64,000 nt of DNA from Eledone cirrhosa. Taxonomy: Eukaryota. A model generated the notes under the pieces. It was given only the letters and a program-made list of their open reading frames with translations, was not told the origin of the DNA and searched no databases. Each line of letters starts with the position of its first letter. Position 1 is the stretch's first letter. The stretch lies in assembly GCA_964016885.1 (NCBI GenBank), contig OZ024741.1, positions 52,886,001-52,950,000 on the forward strand. The letters run 5' to 3'. The position numbers were made by a program, and so were the translations under genes. Below, one piece after another: positions 57,738-64,000 of this stretch.

Positions 57738-57985
57738 AGGAGGCGCGTGGCTTAGTGGATTGGGTGTTGGACTAACGATCATAATGTCGTGGCATCGATT
57801 CTTGGGCTGGGTTGCGTTTTGTGTTCTTGATCAAAACACTTCATTTCATTATATTCAGCTGAAAATGAGTACCAGCTATAGATGGGGTGTTAACCATGTG
57901 TTAGACTGGAGTCCTGTCAAGGAGAGAGTCGTCTAATCAGTCGCTTCACGCCATGAAACTGGGATAACGAGGCTTCTGGCTTAAG
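57738..57985 (+). mobile_element. tRNA-derived SINE; a truncated related copy lies at ~57545-57680
   Basis: A-box TGGCTTAGTGG, degenerate B-box, ttcttgatcaaaacacttcatttc...cagctgaaaatgagta. Confidence 0.7.
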
Positions 57986-58730
57986 AGAAACTTAAGCAAA
58001 AAGGAACATACTGTAATGTTATGCTGAATGTTAAACAGGTAATAATTAAATTAGTTCTGTCCATAACCTCTCACACAAGGAAGGACCCGAAAACGTTATA
58101 ACTACCGTCTCGCTTGTCCTTCCTCCTCCCAATATTGATGCTTAGTTCTGTTCGTAAAATTATTGGGCCATCGATTAATAATCCCAGCAAACATGAGCAT
58201 CAATGTGGGAATTCAAGTGAAGAATGCTCTGAAAGATTTCCTTATTTCACAAGGAAAATGTTCAGAGTAATTCCAAAGTTTTTCCTTTGATTGGCGCCTT
58301 TCGAAATCGATGAATCGATGGATAGCTAATTAGCCACAGGTGAAACTTCGAAATCACTATCAACTACTTATACATATGTATCGTCTGTTTATTCATTTAA
58401 TGTTTGACATACATACACGTGATTGTGTACACATGTGTGCACAAGTGTGTGTGTGTGTGTCAGGGAGAGAGAGAGAGAGAGAGAGAGGGGGGGAGGGGGG
58501 AGGATCGAGTGAGGATATGAAAAGTTGTGTGAGTGTGCATTTAGACATTTGCGCGTACAATTCACATGAAAAGACGACTGGCTTGTGATATCGCATAAAA
58601 TATTTCACATCGCCAGCTTGGCGGCAGAAGTCGAAGCAGAGGACGTTCACTCAATAGATCCTTACACCCACAGTTTTCCGAACGAATATCTTTATTATGA
58701 ATAAGTTAACAATATATATATATGTATATG

Positions 58731-58761
<31 letters not shown>

Positions 58762-58898
58762 ATATGTATATGTATGTATATATATATATATATATGTATA
58801 TGTATATGTATATATATATATAAATTTATATATATATATATATGTATATGTATATGTATAAATATATATATATATATATATATACATATATAAGACAT

Positions 58899-59235
<337 letters not shown>

Positions 59236-59720
59236 TTCGAGGGTCGGCTGAAAAGTTCATAGGCTCATCATGATACTCTCATGAAATGTGACCAAATGAG
59301 TTATTTTTCAACATAGTCCCCTTTCTATCGGCGTTACAGTGCTTGGATCACATTGCTGAAGTATCTTTCATCCTGTTGATAAAAAAATTATTAGCAGCAG
59401 GTATGGTGTCATCCCCACTGAAATACTGGCTCCCAGCCAAGTGTTTTTACATGTTGGGAAACATATGATAGTGAGAATGGACCAACTCTGGAGAATAGGG
59501 CGTGTGATCAACCAGTTCAAAGCCACAGTCATACACAGCAGCCATTAAAACTAAGGGCTTGTGTCCTGGAGCATTGTCCTCATAAATCAAGACTCTTTCA
59601 TCAGTTTTCTTGGGTATTTAGTCTTGATAGTCTATCGTAACTTCCCCAGGAAGTTGGCGCAGTACTCTCCCTTGATAGTCGGCCCTTTGACCAAGTAATT
59701 ATACATATCGTTTCTTTGCC
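59236..59720 (-). mobile_element. Tc1/mariner remnant (transposase C-terminus plus right TIR)
   Basis: Minus strand reads DNAPGH...MAAVYDCGFELVDHTPYSPEL (YSPDL-like); TIR-like cgagggtcggctgaaaagt next to a TA run. Confidence 0.75.
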
Positions 59721-60023
59721 GATGTCACATGGTGGACAAAACATACGTTTTGTAGTTGAACTATTAAATGATCAAAATACAATGCGGCTAGAGATAGCGA
59801 CCGAAAGACCGTCTAATACAACTCGACAAAGTAAGGAGTAGCTTAATATTAATTAAAGTTTAATTAGTCCCTAATACTTAAGCCTCTCAATAAGTGGATA
59901 AAATATACAGAGATAAGAAATCACTCAGAAAATCCATATTATATATTAAATTTAAGTGAGAAGAAACTATTTTGTGCAAAGCAGTATGTATAATTTCTAC
60001 CCTTTACTCTTTGAAAAATTAAA

Positions 60024-60116
60024 ACTCTCCTGAAGAGTATTGCGGATTCTTCAATTATTGATGATTCCAATAATAGGTTCTTCCGCAAATGAAATTAGAT
60101 CTTTATACAGGCGAGT
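60024..60116 (+). ncRNA. Degenerate hammerhead-like motif with extended stem II
   Basis: CUGAAGA at 60030-36; UUGCGGA/UCCGCAA and inner AUUAUUG/CAAUAAU stems; GAAA at 60091-94 followed by AGAUCU palindrome; cleavage-site region not canonical. Confidence 0.35.
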
Positions 60117-60202
60117 ATGGATAAAATGTTTTTTTTTTTGTCTGTCTCGCTTGTAATCCCATAAATAGAGAATTTTCTCACTTCAATGTAATATAATATA
60201 AA

Positions 60203-60317
<115 letters not shown>

Positions 60318-61860
60318 CTAAGGCGGGTAACATTCCCGAGATCCATGGACGAGTTCTCTCCAGCGGTCTCTGTCCCTTATTATTGCTGCCATGTCCTGCG
60401 TCTCCAAGAGACCAGTGTCTGTCCTTAGGGCATCAACATATGTTAACCTCGGTCTTCCTCTTCCAATGTGTCCATGCAGGAGCTCCCACAGGAGCACTGA
60501 GTGCAGTGTCAACTCTGGAAGTCGGTGAGCATGTCCAGCTAATCTTAGTCTCCTCTGTGTCCCTTTTGAGCTGACCTTTGGGAGGCTCCCGTACAGCTCT
60601 GAGTTCTTCATCCTCAGTGTATACTGATTAACGTTCAGATCCATCCTCAGCATTCTCGTGTAGCATCCATCCACCATCTGAGTGAGTTTCTTGGTCAGTG
60701 TCCAAGTCTCAGACCCGTACAGCACCACAGACTCCACTACAGCAACGAAGAAGCGGATCTTCAGGTCTTTACGAAGGTCCGACTTCCACACCGATCTCAA
60801 GCTGTGGCACGCCGCCCAGGCTTTGCTCTTCCTCTCGACCACATCATCTTCGGTATTCCCAATATTTGCTCTCCAATAAAAGAAGTCCTCAACCAATTCT
60901 AGTGGCTTCCCGCCTACATTAGTAATCTTCTCTGGCTTCCTTTGTTTGAGAAACTGGATATTGAGACAGGGCCCTTCACCAGAGAGGAACTTCAGAGAGC
61001 CAAGAAGAAGATCAAGGAGGGCATGTCTTATGGATAAGATGGAGTGGCATCAGAGGTGATGAAGCGGTGTGATTTTGATGATATCATCCTGGAGTTCTGT
61101 AACCAGGCACTGGAGAAAGGAGTTGCCCCTAATCAATGGAGGATCAGTAACATCGTCCCAGTGCCAAATCAGGGAGATCTCTCTAACACCAACAACTACA
61201 GGGGGATCTCACTGACGTCACTTGTGGCAAAGACCCTCAACAGGATGATTCTTAACAGGATCCAGCCCGAGATGGAGAAGAAGCTCAGGGACAACCAGAA
61301 CGGCTTCAGAGAGGGAAGATCATCCACCAGTCACATCCTGATGCTGAGGAGGATATTAGAGGGAGTTAGAGCAAAGTGCCTTCCTCTGGTCATGGTTTTC
61401 ATTGACTTGAGGTAGGCCTTTGATTCTGTGGGCCGTCACTGCCTGATGAAGATCTTACAGGCTTATGGAATCCCCAAGAAGATAGTGGTCCTGATATCAC
61501 TGCTCTACACTAACACCAAAGCCCAAGTCACGACACCTGATGGGATGACAGAGTTCTTTGCGATACTGGCTAGAGTGCTCCAGGGAGATACATTGGCTCC
61601 CTACCTTTTTATCATCGTAGTGGACTATTGTATGCGCCTTGCGCTGGACAAACACCAGGAATTTGGCTTTACTGTAGCACCGGCTCAGAGCAGGAGAGTT
61701 AAGGCGAAAAAGATATCGGATGCTGAATTTGCCGACGACATTGTTTTGGTGACAAACACAGTGAAGGAGGCAGAGGATTTGATGCGGGAGGTTGAGACTG
61801 TGTCGATGAGTGTGGGGCTGAGAATGAATGAGATTAAGACAAAATATCTGGTAGAGAATA
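60318..61860 (-). mobile_element. RTE LINE with 5' inversion (3' part on minus 60318-~60940; RT part on plus ~60940-61860)
   Basis: Plus: YRGISLTS, QNGFR, FIDLR*AFDSV, QGDTLAPYLF, EFADD, KTKYLVENI. Minus continues KPEKITNVGGKPLELVEDF...YGSETWTL...RRLRLAGH...GRGRP. Confidence 0.9.
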
Positions 61861-61862
61861 TA

Positions 61863-61905
<43 letters not shown>

Positions 61906-61910
<5 letters not shown>

Positions 61911-62072
61911 AAAATGTTTAACCCCGACGGCAGAGCTCATGAAATAGCCGTCGAAACGGCTTGAGCTCTGCCGTCGGGGTTAAACATTTTCCTATTACCC
62001 ACTCTACACCCTAAGTATTGAGTACTCTGGTGCGTTATGGTCCATCTGGTTCCTTACCACATTTCCTTCGTT
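61906..62072 (+). mobile_element. Third fold-back element with 5'-truncated hammerhead, in (TA)n
   Basis: Perfect 34-bp inverted arms 61906-39 / 61962-95; (A)UGA...GAA-ACGGC-uugagcucu-GCCGU-C-GGGGUU; tail contains GTATTGAGTAC. Confidence 0.75.
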
Positions 62073-62203
62073 ATATATATATATATATTTGAAATATTAC
62101 ATAAAACATTCAAGCATTAACTGAATACTCCTGGGTAGAGTGTAAATTTTAATTTTTAATTAGAATATTGGCAGCGAGTTCTACGTAGTTGTTCTATTTA
62201 ATC

Positions 62204-62243
<40 letters not shown>

Positions 62244-62689
62244 GTGCGCGCACGTGTGTGGGTTCATATAGATATATAAACTACATGGAACAAAGTGTGT
62301 GATGTGAGTTCAGTACAGAGTAGAGAGATGTATAACATTTATATAGACCTAACGAATTGCCATGTTTCATCGAATAGTTACTTTACATCTCTGAAAGAGA
62401 TTTTCCTAATGAACCCGACTGTTTGTCACTTTGTATTCGGTGAAGTAGCCATTTTAGAAGTCTTTCTTCTGTCATGCGCGACAATGTTTAGGAAGCAAGG
62501 ATAATTTTCTTCCAAGTTAGTGCGTAGCATCCGTTAAATCAGCCGGCTGACAAATTTCTCAGTTAATCTATATATCAATAAATCGTATAACATAGATATA
62601 TAAAAATATATTGTTATTAATTTCTTAGAAAATAGTTGGTGAAGGAAGAAATGAGTAAGGGTGAATATGAAGGGTGAGTGGGTTCCTAA

Positions 62690-63250
62690 GTGCTTCCCCT
62701 TTTTCATTTCCCATCCGCATTAGTGAGGGTCGGGGGAACCACAGTCAATTTCACCAATGTTCTCCAAGGGGTTCTCTCCGTCGCTAATACCATGACTTCC
62801 ACCAGCGTTCTTTCAGCTAAATGACAGATGCCATCACTCCAGCGCCAATTTCGTCTTCCTCTCAATCTTTTGTCATCAATGTGTCCCTCCAGGATGTGGT
62901 TCAGAGATTCTGGGCCCAAATAGGATGTCCAAAGTATTACAGCTTCCGCTTCCGTATGGTCATGACCATTTGCGTCTCCATTCCAATTTACTCCAGGACT
63001 GACCAATTAGTTTTGTGGTCAACCCAGCTGATGACCAGTACCCGCCTATAACCCTTCCCAAATGACATCAGTTTGTAAACAGTGGTGGTTTTCAGAGTCC
63101 AGGTTTCCTAGCCATAAAAGGCCACTGTCTACACTAAGTCCTTCTGAAGCTTTAATTTGATGCACTTGTGGAGAGCGTGATCTTTCCATGGTGTGTTGAA
63201 GGATCTACATTCAGACCTAAGTGCTTACGTCTTCTATATTCTGGATGTTT
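62690..63250 (-). mobile_element. Degenerate RTE-type LINE 3' fragment
   Basis: VAFYG*ETWTL...SWVDHKTN...ILEGHIDDKRLRGRR...WSDGI...ERTPWR. Confidence 0.7.
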
Positions 63251-63889
63251 TGTAGGAGATTTCATATGAACTTGGCATGGCTACATGAGATGGAAATATG
63301 GTTAAAGGCCGACAAACAGATTAGTTGTTACTGTCCGTGTCTGTTTAGTCTGGTGGTGAAAAGGTACTACTGGTATTTCATATTTCAAAAATGACAATTT
63401 GATTGGTTGGTCAATCCTTACAGTCTTGCGATGTGAGAAGTAGATATTTTGTTCATAAAAGAAAAAATATATATACATATATATTCTTTTTGCAATCTGT
63501 ACCATCAATACCTCAATGATACGAAGAGTGTGGGAGAACGCTTTCTGGCGTGCAGAAGCCCCTGGTACAAACCGCTGCGTGGTCCTAGCGGATAGAATGG
63601 AGGAAGCATTAGCCCGGGAGATAATGAACGAGAAGTGTTGCCATAGCTTTGTAGCTCGTGGAATTCACTCGACCTGGTGGCCAATTACGCCACAATAGCA
63701 GTGCGTAGGGAAGTGGTATATGGACCAAGAACAACTGGTTGTGGCTGGCGGAGGGAGTCATTGGTCGTCGGCCTCTGGTACTGAAAAGGAAGTGCATTTT
63801 ACTGTTTTGTAAAGGCACAGAGAAATGATCTGTAATTTTGTTTTGCTATTTTCAGAAGTTTATTTTCTTAGAATATATTTATTAGGGGT

Positions 63890-63890
<1 letters not shown>

Positions 63891-63985
<95 letters not shown>

Positions 63986-63986
63986 A
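63891..63986. repeat. (TATC)n microsatellite
   Basis: Directly visible. Confidence 0.97.
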
Positions 63987-64000
63987 GTGACCTACATTCC

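Overview
Repeat-dominated animal genomic DNA with no confidently identifiable host gene. The SINE types and microsatellite density resemble octopus/cephalopod genomes; this is inference only. Bases 1-~23.6 kb are one 31-bp A/C-rich satellite array with multi-kb higher-order duplications. The remaining ~40 kb is microsatellite ((TA)n, (TATG)n, (CA)n, (GA)n) packed with retroelements: an intact 772-aa Penelope-like RT+GIY-YIG ORF of Naiad type, a second decayed Naiad-like copy with inverted pLTRs, a full-length but disrupted Tx1/L1-type LINE plus fragments, an R4/Dong-like RLE LINE, several RTE LINEs (two with 5' inversions), tRNA-derived SINEs and a mariner remnant. The most notable signal is a set of short fold-back elements inserted in (TA)n tracts. 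Most carry hammerhead-ribozyme cores; one instead carries a complete tRNA-like cloverleaf. Hammerheads with an unusually long stem II also sit at the Penelope-like element ends. Together these suggest a (TA)n-associated Penelope-driven system with non-autonomous RNA passengers. Most short ORFs in the track are artefacts of tandem repeats. All calls were made by eye, without database searches or folding software.
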